Positions 9,561-20,100 of a stretch of 64,000 nucleotides of DNA are shown here, one piece after another. The stretch comes from an uncultured bacterium (lineage in GTDB: Bacteria > Verrucomicrobiota > Verrucomicrobiia > Limisphaerales > UBA8199), in contig CAVVMW010000022.1 of the NCBI GenBank assembly GCA_963749495.1, positions 128,001 to 192,000 of the forward strand. The letters are read 5' to 3'. The position numbers and the translations under genes are program-made. The first letter of the stretch is position 1. Each line of letters begins with the position of its first letter. The notes beneath the pieces are model-generated. The model was not told the origin of the DNA and ran no database searches. It saw only the letters and a list, made by a program, of their open reading frames with translations.

Positions 9561-10442
9561 ACGGTGGCAACGAACCACGTCACAGCCCAGGAATACACGT
9601 TCACCACGCTGGCCGGGCCGCCGGAAGCTGGCCTGGGCGCCATTGACGGCACGGGCAGCGCGGCGCGGTTCAACCAGCCATCCGGCGTTGCGGTGGACAG
9701 CGCGGGCAACGTCTATGTGGCAGACACCTATAACAACACGATTCGGAAGGTGACGCCGGGCGGGGTGGTGACGACGCTGGCGGGAAACGCTGCTATCGTT
9801 GACACGAATGGTATGCCGGTTGGTGGTTACGCCGACGGCACGGGCAGCGCGGCGCAGTTCAACCACCCATCCGGCGTCGCGGTGGACAGCGCGGGCAACG
9901 TCTATGTGGCAGACAGCTATAACAACACGATTCGGATCGGCACTACGAACACTTGCCCGGATGCGGCCACAATTGACCTGGCGGTCGGGCCGGTCGGGCA
10001 ATTGCGCCAACTGGACACCAGCCCGCAAACCGCCGTGGCCTGGCAGTGGCGCCTGATCCGGGACCCGTCCGCTTCGTCGGCTGCACTCTCGGCCGCGAAT
10101 GTCCGCAATCCCACGTTCACGCCCGATGTGGCGGATTTGTATGTTTTCCGGCTCGAGGCGACCAACGCCGCCGGGGCGATTTGTATCCGCACGCTTGAAT
10201 TTACCGCAGTGCCGGCGCCCCCGACCATCCTGCTGAACGATGGCAGCTTCGGTGTCCGCTCAAACCGCTTCGGCTTCGATGTCAGCGCCGCCGGCGGCCA
10301 GGTGGTGGTCGTGGAGACCTCGGCCGACCTGGTTCACTGGACGGACCTGGCCACCAACACCGCTGGCGCCAGCCCGTTTTACTTCAGCGACCCGCTCCCG
10401 CCAAGTTCGCCGCGCCGGTTCTACCGCGCGCGGGCACAGTGA
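9561..10442 (+). pseudogene. Secreted NHL-repeat protein with PKD-like and C-terminal RFYR-type domain, 5' end removed at the IS end
   Basis: VTA|QEYTFTTLAG; two DGTGSAA.FN.PSGVAVDSAGNVYVAD.YNNTIR repeats (near-identical DNA at 9645-9747 and 9834-9936); ends RRFYRARAQ. Confidence 0.8.
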
Positions 10443-10983
10443 GAACGTTGATGGCTCTCAGGCGTTATGATGAACTAATCCCAACGCCGCCTGTGCAGAG
10501 AACCCGGGAATCAGGGTGACATGACACGGCCATTTAAGGGTCAGTCGAGTTGGGTGATGGGATTTCTGAAATCACCCGAAGGAGGCATGAACCGCATCTG
10601 CTTCCGGACTGCTGGCGTTCTTCTGGACCTCGTTTCCCGCCCACCGAATCCGCAATGGGCGGAGACGTGCCCGCTCTCGCATCATGGGTCTATAAACCTC
10701 GAACTCCCACCAGAAGCTGATGAGGCCAGGCTGAGAATTGCTGCCGGAGTCCGCTCCGGGTGTTTCGTGGTAAGGCAGGGCCGGCTGCGATCAAATTGTT
10801 CGGGCGTGAAACCTAAAACCAACAGCTTGCACGAACCGCGAACCGAAGAAAGGAACACACTATGCTCAACAAGAAAGGTATCGCAATGACTACGCTAGCG
10901 GCAGCAACCGGAAACGCGAAACCACGCATGAAAACCAGGCTCATCGGCCGAGTTCCACTGACGCACATTCACCCGCGAAGCGG

Positions 10984-11064
10984 TTTGGACTGCGGCAGTC
11001 CTCTGCCGCTTTGGCATCCCCCGGCGAGGGACGAAAAAGCGGCAGAGGACTGCCGCAGTCCAAA
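10984..11064. repeat. REP-like palindrome, family A copy 1
   Basis: Perfect 29-bp inverted repeat TTTGGACTGCGGCAGTCCTCTGCCGCTTT / AAAGCGGCAGAGGACTGCCGCAGTCCAAA. Confidence 0.9.
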
Positions 11065-11149
11065 ACCTTGCGGATTCCGTGGCAGTTCATCGGTTGGGGC
11101 TGTCCCTCCACAGCCCTTTCCACAGACATCTCAGTAATTCAACAGGCTG

Positions 11150-12208
11150 CTAGACCCATTCCCAATGCCGCAGCCACTGATAATTCTCGGGCAGATTGGC
11201 CCACATCTCGGCCACCAACGCGTCGAAACGCCCGGCCTCGGCCACATCGAATTGCCGGCGTTCCTTGACCGCCGCGGCCGCGTTCTTGACTTGCTCAACG
11301 GTGATCAAGCCCGGAATGGCGCAGCTCAGCACGTCGCAACAGAGCACGTAGCGCAGCGCCAGGCGCGCCCGGTCGTCGTCTTCCTGGCGGGTGGCGGAAT
11401 CGGGCTGGCCGCCGGATTTAAAGACGCTGCCGCTGGCAAAGGGCTTGATGCCGATGAAGCCAACGTCGTGATTGCGCAGGGCCTCGAACATGCTGCCCAC
11501 CGGCTTTTCCTTGCTCCCGGCGCTGTAGGGAGTGACGATGACCTCCAACTGCGGGTACTTGGCCACTGCGTCCGCGATCCACGGACGGTGATGGGTCGAG
11601 ATGCCGGTAAAACGGGCCTTGCCCGTCCGCTTGGCCCACTCGAGCGCAGCCATGACGGTTTCGATCTCTTTCTCGGTATTGCGGGTGGTTTGCTCGCGCA
11701 TCGTCACGCGCCAAAGATCCACGTATTCGAGTTTGGCCTCGCGCAGACCCTGGTCCAACTGCTGCTTCATCTTGTCGAGCGAGCCGGCGATTTCCGGGCT
11801 GCGCGCTCCCGACCAGTCGAAACCGAAGTAGATCTTGTCGCGGTTCTTGCCGAGGGCCTCGGCATACACCAGCACCTCGCCGGCGCCGCACGGATCGGCG
11901 TAGTTGATGCCGTGATCGATGCACGCGGCCATCACCTCGCGCCGGTTCTTTTTGAAGTCCTCGCTGCCGTGCGCGAAGGGCATTTGTTTCCAATGCCCGC
12001 CGATGCTGACGGCCGAGACCATCAGCCCGGTCCGGCCCAGCCGCCGATATTCCATGTTCTCGTTATAGCTGCGCGTCCGGGTCGGGTCGGAAGCCGGCAC
12101 CTCTGCGCCGGCTGCTTTCTCGATCACACCCGCCCCTATGGTTGTCCCGGCAGCCGCAATCGCGGCCGTGTGCACAAATTGCCTCCGGTTCATGCGATTT
12201 TCTTTCAT
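11150..12208 (-). CDS. Aldo/keto reductase family protein with Tat signal
   Basis: MNRRQF Tat motif; MEYRRLGRTGLMVSAVSIGG; ARFTGISTH; IGIKPFASG. Confidence 0.85.
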   Translation of the reverse strand: MKENRMNRRQFVHTAAIAAAGTTIGAGVIEKAAGAEVPASDPTRTRSYNENMEYRRLGRTGLMVSAVSIGGHWKQMPFAHGSEDFKKNRREVMAACIDHGINYADPCGAGEVLVYAEALGKNRDKIYFGFDWSGARSPEIAGSLDKMKQQLDQGLREAKLEYVDLWRVTMREQTTRNTEKEIETVMAALEWAKRTGKARFTGISTHHRPWIADAVAKYPQLEVIVTPYSAGSKEKPVGSMFEALRNHDVGFIGIKPFASGSVFKSGGQPDSATRQEDDDRARLALRYVLCCDVLSCAIPGLITVEQVKNAAAAVKERRQFDVAEAGRFDALVAEMWANLPENYQWLRHWEWV

Positions 12209-12217
12209 AAGCACCTT

Positions 12218-13102
12218 TCAGCTTTTCAATTGATTTGCGCGCGGCGTCACCCGGTTGATATTGGGCTCGGCCTCGGCCTGCACATTCCCCAGCGCCCAGG
12301 CGAAGCCCCCGAGCACAAGCGCCTGGAAGAATGGATTCGTCCACACATCCTCGCGATGGCCCAGCGCCGTGTAGAATACCCGGCCCTGGCCGTGCCGCCG
12401 GGCCCAGGTGTTGGGATAATCCGGGCGCCGGTAACAATCGCCCTTCATCAGCGCGGTTTCCTGCACCAGAATCACGTGCAGGTCCTTGGCAAAGTTCCGT
12501 TGCGCGTACCATTCATCCGTGAACGAAATGCCCTCCGCGCACCCCAACCGATCCACCCCCGGGAAATTCGACGCGATAATGAGTGATGCCTCTTGCTGCG
12601 GGCCGTGCGTGATGAACTCGCCGCCGAGCATCGCGATATAAGGATCGACTACGGTCTGGCCCTGGTCGGGCTGGGCGGTCGAGCGGAACGAATCGGTCGA
12701 AGAATGAAACGCGACAAACCCCTTGCCGCGGGCGATGGTCTCGAGGAGCTTCTCTTTGCCGGCGGGCGTCATCGGTTTTCCGTTGCCTTGGGACGAAGTC
12801 AGATCCCCGCTGGTGAAGAAGGCAATGGCGTCGAACTGATCGAGGTCTCCGTCGAAGATGGTCCCATCCTGAGAACACTCGACCTCGAAGCCTGCCCATT
12901 TGCTCATGGCGGTGAGGACCTTTTCGGAGTGGCTCAGTTCACCGGCCTGGCGATGTACGACCGAGTGCTCGAACCCGGCGCTCCGGGTAAAATAAAGCAC
13001 CTTCTTCCTTTTTGCCTCCGCGCCCAGCGCCCGCTCCCAGGGAAAGGCGGCCAGCCCCAGCAGCGCCGCCGAGGTGGTCTTCAACATTTCGCGACGTTTC
13101 AT
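12218..13102 (-). CDS. ThuA-like domain protein with Tat signal
   Basis: MKRREML; VLYFTRSAGFEHSVV; GKGFVAFHS; DEWY; GQGRVFYTALGHREDVW. Confidence 0.88.
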   Translation of the reverse strand: MKRREMLKTTSAALLGLAAFPWERALGAEAKRKKVLYFTRSAGFEHSVVHRQAGELSHSEKVLTAMSKWAGFEVECSQDGTIFDGDLDQFDAIAFFTSGDLTSSQGNGKPMTPAGKEKLLETIARGKGFVAFHSSTDSFRSTAQPDQGQTVVDPYIAMLGGEFITHGPQQEASLIIASNFPGVDRLGCAEGISFTDEWYAQRNFAKDLHVILVQETALMKGDCYRRPDYPNTWARRHGQGRVFYTALGHREDVWTNPFFQALVLGGFAWALGNVQAEAEPNINRVTPRANQLKS

Positions 13103-13200
13103 ATCAGGCCCAAAATTAGATGGCTTCAAATGAACTGGAGAGGATGGTAAATGGGAGATTCAGAATGCGCCAGCCGAAACACGCGAGGGGTTGTCCAGGA

Positions 13201-13744
13201 GGCGCATCTGGTCTGTACCACCATGGACGGAAGCACGGCGGGCATCATTCTATTCCGTCGAGTTCATCCCGGAGGGATGAAAGAGGGTAGCCGGGGGTCC
13301 AAGCGCAGCGAGACCCCCGGTGCGGCGACGGCGGATGTCTGCACCCCGGAGGGATGCCAGAAAGAACTCCCCCAAACGGAATTCGGCGCATTGAACCCCC
13401 GAACCTCGATCGTGCGTCCCCGTCGCGCGAAGCGTTTTGGACTGCGGCAGTCCTCTGCCGCTTTTGTGTCCCCTCGCTGCCGAGGCGAAAGCGGCAGAGG
13501 ACTGCCGCAGTCCAAAACCTCCGGGCTAGCGGTCGGTTCCTGGGGAGGGTGTCTCCCCTATGATGCGCGGGCTTCCGGCACCCCGTTCCGGGGTGCAGGA
13601 CCTCCTCTGGCCGTCAACCGGGGGTGGCGGCGACGCCGCGACCCCCGGCTACCGTCTGGCAACCCTCCGGGTTGCAGAGCATCCGCGCCGCCTGCGGTCT
13701 CCTCTACGACTCCTGTTCTTGTGGTGGTACAGGCAAGATGCGCC
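13201..13744. repeat. Nested (three-layer) inverted-repeat element
   Basis: Outer IR 13201-13223/13722-13744; middle family-B arms 13265-13364/13572-13674; inner family-A palindrome 13436-13516. Confidence 0.85.
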
Positions 13745-13810
13745 CCCTCAAAACCCCGGCGAACATTGCGCCTGGACTGGGCCTCTCGTGCTCGGCAGAC
13801 TGTGCGGACA

Positions 13811-16800
13811 ATGAATGCGAGCGCACTTCGTAGGATGGAACGGTGCATTGCCTTGCTGGCCGTGTTGGCCGCAGCGCACGGCGTGGCAACTGCTCAGAAC
13901 GCGGGCAAGTGGTCCTGGCAGGAGCCGCAGGCGAAGGTGTCGCCGACCGGCGATCTGGAGTGGGCGCCGAAGGCATTCGAGTTCAAGGCGGGCGAGTCGA
14001 TCCGCTACATCGACTTCGAGGCCGGCAACGACGCCAACGACGGCCTCTCGAAGCAGACCCCCTGGAAACATCACCCGTGGGACCCCAACGCCGCCGGCAA
14101 GGCGAAGGCCTGCAAAGGCATGCAGACCTATGTCTTCAAACAAGGCGTGGTCTATCGCGGGGAGATGGACGCAAACGAGTCAGGCACCGAGGCGGCCCCG
14201 ATCATCCTGACCCGGGACCCGTCCTGGGGCGAAGGGCCGGCGGTCATCTGCGGTTCGGAGGCGGTGACGGGCTGGAAGCAGGGCGCGGACAACAACCTTA
14301 TCCCGGAGCCGGAGAAGGTCTGGTACGCGGACCTCAACTGGGTGCCGCGCAACGTCTGGATGGTCGGCAAGAACGGCATCGTGACGCGCATCGCCCTGGC
14401 CCGCACGCCGAACTGGAAGGTCTCCGATCCGGACGACGTGAAGAGCGAGTGGTGGGAGTGGAACAACCCGGACAAGCCGTTCGACAACTATGTCACGACG
14501 CCCAGCGGCCGCAAGCTGAACTTGGGCATCGACACCGAGCACCTGACGCAGCCGGCCAGCTATTACGAAGGCGCCACTCTCTGGACCGAGTACGGCTGGG
14601 TGATGGGCACGCCGTATCCCACTCCCGTTGAGGTCGTCAACACCGAGAAGCACGCACTCGGGTTCACCGGCCAGTGGGGGGATGCCCCGGGCAGTTACAA
14701 GTACATCCGTTACTGCCGATACTTCCTCGAGGACAAGCCGCAGTACCTGGACAGCCCCGGCGAGTTCTGGTTTGGCAAGAAGGGTGACGGCGGCCGGCTC
14801 TACCTCCCCCTGCCCGAGGACCAGGACCCCAACACGGCCGAGGTGGAAGTGGCCCGCCGCATTCACATAATCGAAAGCTCGGGCATGAGCCACGTCCACA
14901 TCAGCGGGCTCACGTTTCGTTTCCCGAACGTTTACAACCTTGCCGCCGCGCCTTATTGGGCCTCCCATGAGAGCATCGACGTGGACCCCGGCTGTGTGCG
15001 GCTGCTGGGCAGCGGCACGGACATCCACATCAGCAATTGCGTCTTCGAGCACGTCCACCAGGCGGTTCGCCTCAAGGCCGTTGGCCGGCAGGACGCCATC
15101 AGTGACGTTGTGGTCAGCGACAACGTCATCCGCTACACCGACAACGGGGCCGTGCTGATCGCGGACAGCACGACCTACGGCGACGTGGCTCCGCCGATGG
15201 GCCTGCTCTACGACGTGAAGGTCCTGCGGAACAGCTTCTCTGAGACTGGCATCCGGCCAAACCGCTTCGATCAGGGCCACGCGTTGGAGGTTGACTACGC
15301 CCAGACGCTTGAGGTGGCCGGCAACATCCTGAACCGCTGCTGGGGCGCCGGCATCTTCGTCTTCGGCGGCAAGCCCAGCGGGGCCATCACGGACCGGCCG
15401 TTCTCCCGCATGCTCGTGCATCACAACAAGGTGACCGACTCGCTGCTGAACACCTGCGACTGGGGCGGCATCGAGACCTGGCAGGGCGGGCCGGCCTACG
15501 TCTATGACAACATCTCGGGCAATCCCGGCGGCTACCTGAAGTGGGGACACAGGCTCAGTCCGAACGAGCCCGGCAGCTCGCGCTTTGGCCATGCCTATTA
15601 CCTGGACGGCGGGTTCAAGAACTACCACTTCAACAACATTGCCTGGGGCAAGTCCAAAGACCCCCTGAGCCCGCTGGGCAACACCGCGGCCATCCAGGAG
15701 ATTATCAGCTACCAGAACACGTTCTTCAACAACACCATCTATAACTTCGTCGTCGGCTCGCGCCGGCAGGCGCCCCAGGCCGGCCGGGACAAGTTCCTGG
15801 GCAACATCTGGGACGGCATCGGCTCGTGGGTGTTCCGCCACGCCGACCCGGCTCGCACCGCCGCCGCCGGGAACGCGGCCGACGCCGGCTACCGCCGCAG
15901 CCAGTATGACCTCGCGTCCGACGCGTACGCGCTGAACGTCTTCCATGACCTCGCGAACGGATTCGGCGTGCTGGAACCGTCCGGCCGCTGGCTGGACAAG
16001 CTCGGCACGTTCCAGGACGTTCCTGGGAAGAACCACGCCCTGGCCTCCGCGCCAGGCATTCTGACGGACCAGGCCCCGCTGCAGGACGCGGCGGCCCACG
16101 ACTTCCGCCCCGCGCCGGACTCCCCGGCCCTGAACCACGGCGTCAAGGTGTTCGTGCCCTGGTCGCTTTACGGAGAGGTGGCCGAGTGGAACTTCTACCG
16201 CGACCCCGGGGACCCCACCCATCTCATCGACGAACACTGGAACCTGGCCCCTTATTACGTCGAGCGTGACGGCTATTACACGCGCCCGACGTATCCCCTC
16301 ACGGCGGTCAACGTAACCGTCGCCGACTACGAACGCGGCCCGCTGGAGAGCTGGACTGACGGCACCCTGCGCTTCAACGGGCGCGACCAGTTCGCCATCC
16401 TCACTAACAAGGACATCCTCCGGACAGTGGATTACCGCGTCAACTACCAGCCGCCCGACTGGGTGACCGTCACCTACCCGAAGGCGATGACGGTCGGACA
16501 GAGTTGCGAGGTCCAACTCATACTGCACGAGGTGAAGGATGGCCTGAAGCTCCATTGCGACCTGAATTGGAGCAAGAAGAGCGAGGAATTCGGCGGGGGC
16601 AACACCTGGGGCGGGCCGCCCAAGGACGTCAAGGGGCCGGGACCGTACACATTCACACTCGTCCCCCAGGACAAGCCCAACTTGGGCTCCTTTGTCCTGA
16701 CAATTTACCTCTCGACCACGGGGGACTGGAAGGACAAGACGCTCTTGGCGACTGTTGGCGTGCCCATCGGCGCCGCAGGGGGCCAGACCCGCACCGTCAC

Positions 16801-17401
16801 CCTGAGTGGGGAGAAGGTCGTCGAGCAGCGCACCGTCAGCGGCGCGGACCTGAGGAACCCGCAGATCTACACCTCGGATTTCCTGATCGAGGTGTACTTC
16901 AAGACGGCGGCGGGGCAGACGGACGCGGTGCTGATTCAGAAGATTGACGGTTCCGGCTACGTCCTGGGAGTCAACCAAACGGGAGGCGTGACCCTGGCGG
17001 CGACTTCAGGCGGCGCCACCTCCTGGCTGGCCAGCCGGAGTGCCGTCAACGACGGCCGATGGCACCACGTCATTGCCGAGGCCGACCGCCAGGCGGGGAC
17101 CTTCACGATCTACCTTGACGGCAGGCAGGACGCCAATGGGCCAGGGCTCAAGGCGGACGCCTCGCTGGCCAATGATGCGGACCTCTACGTGGGCGGCGCG
17201 CCGAACGGCCATTACCTGAACGGCGCCATCGACTTCATGCGCATCGCTCGCGGCACGCTGGCCGACTCGAAGACGACGATCGAGGAACTCTACGCGTGGG
17301 AGTTCAACGGGCCCTTCCTCCAGGACTTCACCGGCCGCAAGCGTCCAGCCGACGGCGGAGCGGCCGGCGCCATTGACGGCCCCTCTGTGGGCGACAAGTG
17401 A
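13811..17401 (+). CDS. Secreted right-handed beta-helix protein with C-terminal LamG-like jellyroll domain (putative carbohydrate-active)
   Basis: Signal peptide; YIDFEAGNDANDGLSK..PWK; beta-helix N/D-rich repeats; VNDGRWHHV...IYLDGR...GAIDF.RI LamG; the ORF part upstream of 13811 is repeat DNA. Confidence 0.8.
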   Translation: MNASALRRMERCIALLAVLAAAHGVATAQNAGKWSWQEPQAKVSPTGDLEWAPKAFEFKAGESIRYIDFEAGNDANDGLSKQTPWKHHPWDPNAAGKAKACKGMQTYVFKQGVVYRGEMDANESGTEAAPIILTRDPSWGEGPAVICGSEAVTGWKQGADNNLIPEPEKVWYADLNWVPRNVWMVGKNGIVTRIALARTPNWKVSDPDDVKSEWWEWNNPDKPFDNYVTTPSGRKLNLGIDTEHLTQPASYYEGATLWTEYGWVMGTPYPTPVEVVNTEKHALGFTGQWGDAPGSYKYIRYCRYFLEDKPQYLDSPGEFWFGKKGDGGRLYLPLPEDQDPNTAEVEVARRIHIIESSGMSHVHISGLTFRFPNVYNLAAAPYWASHESIDVDPGCVRLLGSGTDIHISNCVFEHVHQAVRLKAVGRQDAISDVVVSDNVIRYTDNGAVLIADSTTYGDVAPPMGLLYDVKVLRNSFSETGIRPNRFDQGHALEVDYAQTLEVAGNILNRCWGAGIFVFGGKPSGAITDRPFSRMLVHHNKVTDSLLNTCDWGGIETWQGGPAYVYDNISGNPGGYLKWGHRLSPNEPGSSRFGHAYYLDGGFKNYHFNNIAWGKSKDPLSPLGNTAAIQEIISYQNTFFNNTIYNFVVGSRRQAPQAGRDKFLGNIWDGIGSWVFRHADPARTAAAGNAADAGYRRSQYDLASDAYALNVFHDLANGFGVLEPSGRWLDKLGTFQDVPGKNHALASAPGILTDQAPLQDAAAHDFRPAPDSPALNHGVKVFVPWSLYGEVAEWNFYRDPGDPTHLIDEHWNLAPYYVERDGYYTRPTYPLTAVNVTVADYERGPLESWTDGTLRFNGRDQFAILTNKDILRTVDYRVNYQPPDWVTVTYPKAMTVGQSCEVQLILHEVKDGLKLHCDLNWSKKSEEFGGGNTWGGPPKDVKGPGPYTFTLVPQDKPNLGSFVLTIYLSTTGDWKDKTLLATVGVPIGAAGGQTRTVTLSGEKVVEQRTVSGADLRNPQIYTSDFLIEVYFKTAAGQTDAVLIQKIDGSGYVLGVNQTGGVTLAATSGGATSWLASRSAVNDGRWHHVIAEADRQAGTFTIYLDGRQDANGPGLKADASLANDADLYVGGAPNGHYLNGAIDFMRIARGTLADSKTTIEELYAWEFNGPFLQDFTGRKRPADGGAAGAIDGPSVGDK

Positions 17402-17447
17402 ATCATCTGCTGGCCAGATCAGCTTCCGGGCCTCTGGGTGATTCGTA

Positions 17448-17717
17448 GGGTGCGATTAAGAGCGTCGTTCAGATCACGGCGCCGCTTTGCCCCGAAGGGG
17501 CTGCCGAGAATAGCCCGGCGTTTCAACGCCGGGTGAGAGAGCCGAAAGAACCAGTCCGTCCCGAAGGGACGGTTGAGAACGAGGAGCCTCCTCAGTCGTG
17601 CCTTCGGGACCAGAGTCCCTTTTGTCGCCTCCCCGGCGTTGAAACGCCGGGCTATTATCAGATGTCCCTCCGGGACAAAACCTCCGGGGCGCATGCCCGA
17701 CACTTTTAATCGCACCC
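17448..17717. repeat. Family-B palindromic element wrapped in 20-bp terminal inverted repeats
   Basis: Inner perfect IR AATAGCCCGGCGTTTCAACGCCGGG (17509-17533/17632-17656); outer GGGTGCGATTAAGAGCGTCG / CGACACTTTTAATCGCACCC. Confidence 0.85.
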
Positions 17718-17771
17718 GATTCATATTGCGCTTCGCACACCAGATTCTCAAAAGAGAGTGGCCTCAGAGCC

Positions 17772-18428
17772 GTGAAGTTTATGTTGAACCGTCGTAAGCG
17801 GAAGGCCGAGATCGGGAGGCCGCGCAAACGCCCGAGGGCGGGATTCGGCCTCCGAAATCCATGGCCGGACTTTCGCTTCCGCGGCGGCAGCGGAATCGCG
17901 CTCGTCCTGGTGTGCCTGCGTTTGGGCGCCGTTGGGCAGGGCCTCAAGCCGGTGGAATTGCGCTGCGAGCACGCCGAGAACCCCTCGGGCGTCGACGTGC
18001 CGCAACCCCGCTTGTTCTGGAAGTTGGAGAGCCCGGCTCGCAACCAGTGGCAATCCGCCTGGCAGGTTCTGGCAGCCGGCTCGTCGAGGCTTTTGGCCCC
18101 AGGACACGCCGATCTCTGGGACAGTGGCAAGGTGGATTCCGCAGACAGCACGCAGGTGCTCTATGCGGGAAAGGCTCTCAAGTCCTCGCAGGCAGTTTAT
18201 TGGCAAGTCCGGGTCTGGGACCGGGAGGGGAGAGTTTCGCCCCGGAGCAAGATGGGGTGTTGGACTATGGGCGTGTTGGCCGCGAGCGACGTGACTGAGA
18301 GCGGGGTTTCCGCCGAACGCAGCCCGGGGGTCAAGTTCGTGCGCCTGGAGCCCGGCCAGGCGGTCTATGAGGTCGGCTCTGGCGCCTACAGATTTCAAGC
18401 CAAGCTCCGGGGGAACGGTTTCCCCTGA
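17772..18428 (+). pseudogene. GH78 alpha-L-rhamnosidase with the catalytic core deleted (N- and C-termini fused in frame)
   Basis: LRCEHAENPSGVDVPQPRLFWKL...DLWDSGKV...YWQVRVWD...WTMG joined to VTESG...VYEVGSGAYRF. Confidence 0.8.
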
Positions 18429-18429
18429 T

Positions 18430-18803
18430 ACCCAGGCGCAGCAGGTGTCAGGGAATTTTGGCAGCAGGGTCGGTGAGGTCCAAATCCACCGGGTCGGCTT
18501 TGGCGTTGCGCTCAAAGGCAGGATTATGAATCCTGGGCAACCTTCTACGGTGAGAACGCGAATCGAAAACTCTTTGAGCTGACTGCTCAGCCGAAAAAAG
18601 CCACTATCATCTGTCCGCTGGTCAGTGGGGGATTTTAAGACAGCCGACTCCTTCACCAAGCCGCTCTTGACTGGCAGCGACCGCGCATCCCCGCCCTTGT
18701 GGGCCAAACAGCCACACCCTGCCGCAGCCACCAGGTTCAGAGACAGCGAAGTGGCAATGAATAAGCGCCTTACGAAACAGTAGGTGGGCAAACGCCGTTT
18801 CAT
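18430..18803 (-). pseudogene. Secreted alpha/beta-hydrolase-like protein, N-terminal fragment
   Basis: Signal-like segment, then TVEGCPGFIILP...WIWTSPTL; breaks near 18430. Confidence 0.35.
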
Positions 18804-18864
18804 CGGGCGGAAGGCGGGGCCGATTTTTGTGAATTCAGGGCGCGCCGGGCCGGTCAACCAACCC

Positions 18865-19101
18865 TCACGCCAGTGCCTTTTCCCTTTGCGGCGGCCCCAC
18901 CTCCACTGACACCGTATCGAACCGGGCATCGCCAGGACGATACGAAAGCAGCTCCAATCCGATGGCATGGCCGGTGGTTTCATCCTTGATCAGAACGACG
19001 CCATCGCCCAGTTCGGCGCAGATTTGGTTGGGACGCGGGGTTTGCCAAAAAACCGTCAGCAATTCCATTTCCGGTTCGTAATAGACTTTTACTTGTGCCA
19101 T
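18865..19101 (-). CDS. DUF2283-like putative antitoxin
   Basis: VKVYYEPEMELLTVFW...ELGDGVVLIKDE.TG..IGLELL. Confidence 0.75.
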   Translation of the reverse strand: MAQVKVYYEPEMELLTVFWQTPRPNQICAELGDGVVLIKDETTGHAIGLELLSYRPGDARFDTVSVEVGPPQREKALA

Positions 19102-19406
19102 ACGCTTTCGCCTTCTTTGACGGCGTCGGTGCGATACGCCGTCACCAGGTAGCCCTCGCCGTTCTGGCGCCGCGCCACAGCCACCATCCAATGCGGTCCG
19201 CCCATCCGATAGAAAAGCAAAACCTTCCCATCCCGGCTGCTCCGACGAATCTCATCGGGATCCGTCAAGGTCTGTTGCACCATCTCCGGGCACCCGGCCA
19301 AATCCGGATGCTTGGCGACGATCTTCTCCCAGTAATCCGGCGAAGTTCGCACCATGAAGCCGAGCGGTGTCGCCACCTCAAACAGAATCGGCCGGTCGTC
19401 GCTCAC
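19089..19406 (-). CDS. DUF4258/BECR-fold-like putative toxin
   Basis: TPLGF.VRT...W..I..KHP...PDEIRRS.RD..V.LFY...GYLVTAY.TD; overlaps the DUF2283 gene. Confidence 0.7.
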   Translation of the reverse strand: MSDDRPILFEVATPLGFMVRTSPDYWEKIVAKHPDLAGCPEMVQQTLTDPDEIRRSSRDGKVLLFYRMGGPHWMVAVARRQNGEGYLVTAYRTDAVKEGESVWHK

Positions 19407-19410
19407 GGAT

Positions 19411-19680
19411 TCAGTTTCCCATCATTCTCGCCTCTCTGCAATGAAAAGCTGTTCCACAACGGCCCCGCTTCCCGCGCCGGGACTTCAAACGCGCCGCCTT
19501 CACCCCCAAGCCCGCCAGCCACCGCCGCCGCTTCACTTGCCCGAATTGCCCCCGCGTGTTGGGCACCACCGTGATGTCGTAATCCCGGTGCAGGAGCAGG
19601 AGCAGATATACGAACTTCGTGTCCGCCCCGCCCACGTGCGACGGCCAGTTCGAACAGCAGATTGGCAGTGCTCTATTCAT
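19411..19680 (-). pseudogene. Possible glycosyltransferase N-terminal fragment
   Basis: WPSHVGGADTK...L...YDITVVPN resembles a GT-B N-terminal GGA motif; degenerates after about 60 aa. Confidence 0.3.
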
Positions 19681-19734
19681 TCCTCTTCTATGGAGAGGCA
19701 GCGGTCGACCGTGGTTCCTTCAAACCTCCGGGCT

Positions 19735-19977
19735 TCACTGCGGCAGTTCGTCGCCCGGTAGCGGCGGGGCTTGGGGTACTTTCGCCATTGCGGCTTTGAA
19801 CTTCTTGAAACTACCCCGGCGGGCACGACGTTCCAGTTCGGTGAAATCCTCAATGGCGCGCACCAGCCCCTCCAGCTTGCGGAGCGCAAATTCATCCACG
19901 GCCTGCCGGTCGTGCGCGGCCAAGTCAGCCAGCCGCCGATAAACTTCGTCGGGCATCTTCAGTTCAATCGCTTTCAT
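19735..19977 (-). CDS. RHH/CopG-like antitoxin
   Basis: MKAIELKMPDEVYRRLADLA...LERRARRGS...F..AMAKVP..PPLPGDEL; ATGA-coupled to upstream PIN fragment. Confidence 0.75.
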   Translation of the reverse strand: MKAIELKMPDEVYRRLADLAAHDRQAVDEFALRKLEGLVRAIEDFTELERRARRGSFKKFKAAMAKVPQAPPLPGDELPQ

Positions 19978-20092
19978 TTGATTTCGCCGATCAGTCGCAG
20001 CAACTCCACCGGTTTGAGGATTTCGATCCCGAATTCCCGAGCCGCGCGGAGATGCCGCTCGTGGAACGATACCACAAAACGCGATGTCGTTT
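19974..20092 (-). pseudogene. PIN-domain toxin, C-terminal fragment
   Basis: Read from the sequence: SRFVVSFHERHLRAAREFGIEILKPVELLRLIGEIK*; 5' part absent. Confidence 0.6.
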
Positions 20093-20100
20093 CATATGGC

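Noticed and set aside
9645..9936. About 100-bp direct repeats as a CRISPR array or DGR TR/VR pair
   Set aside because: They are in-frame NHL protein repeats; differences are not adenine-specific and no cas or reverse-transcriptase gene is present.
10715..10770. CTGATGAG hammerhead-ribozyme core
   Set aside because: No GAAA after a stem II and no closing stems found.
13151..13810. First 220 aa of the 1416-aa ORF
   Set aside because: This is translation of the nested repeat element; the signal peptide starts at or after 13811.
14180..16978. 932-aa antisense ORF and similar long shadow ORFs (11165..12586, 21998..23248, 41566..43044)
   Set aside because: Shadows of GC-rich real genes; no recognisable motifs.
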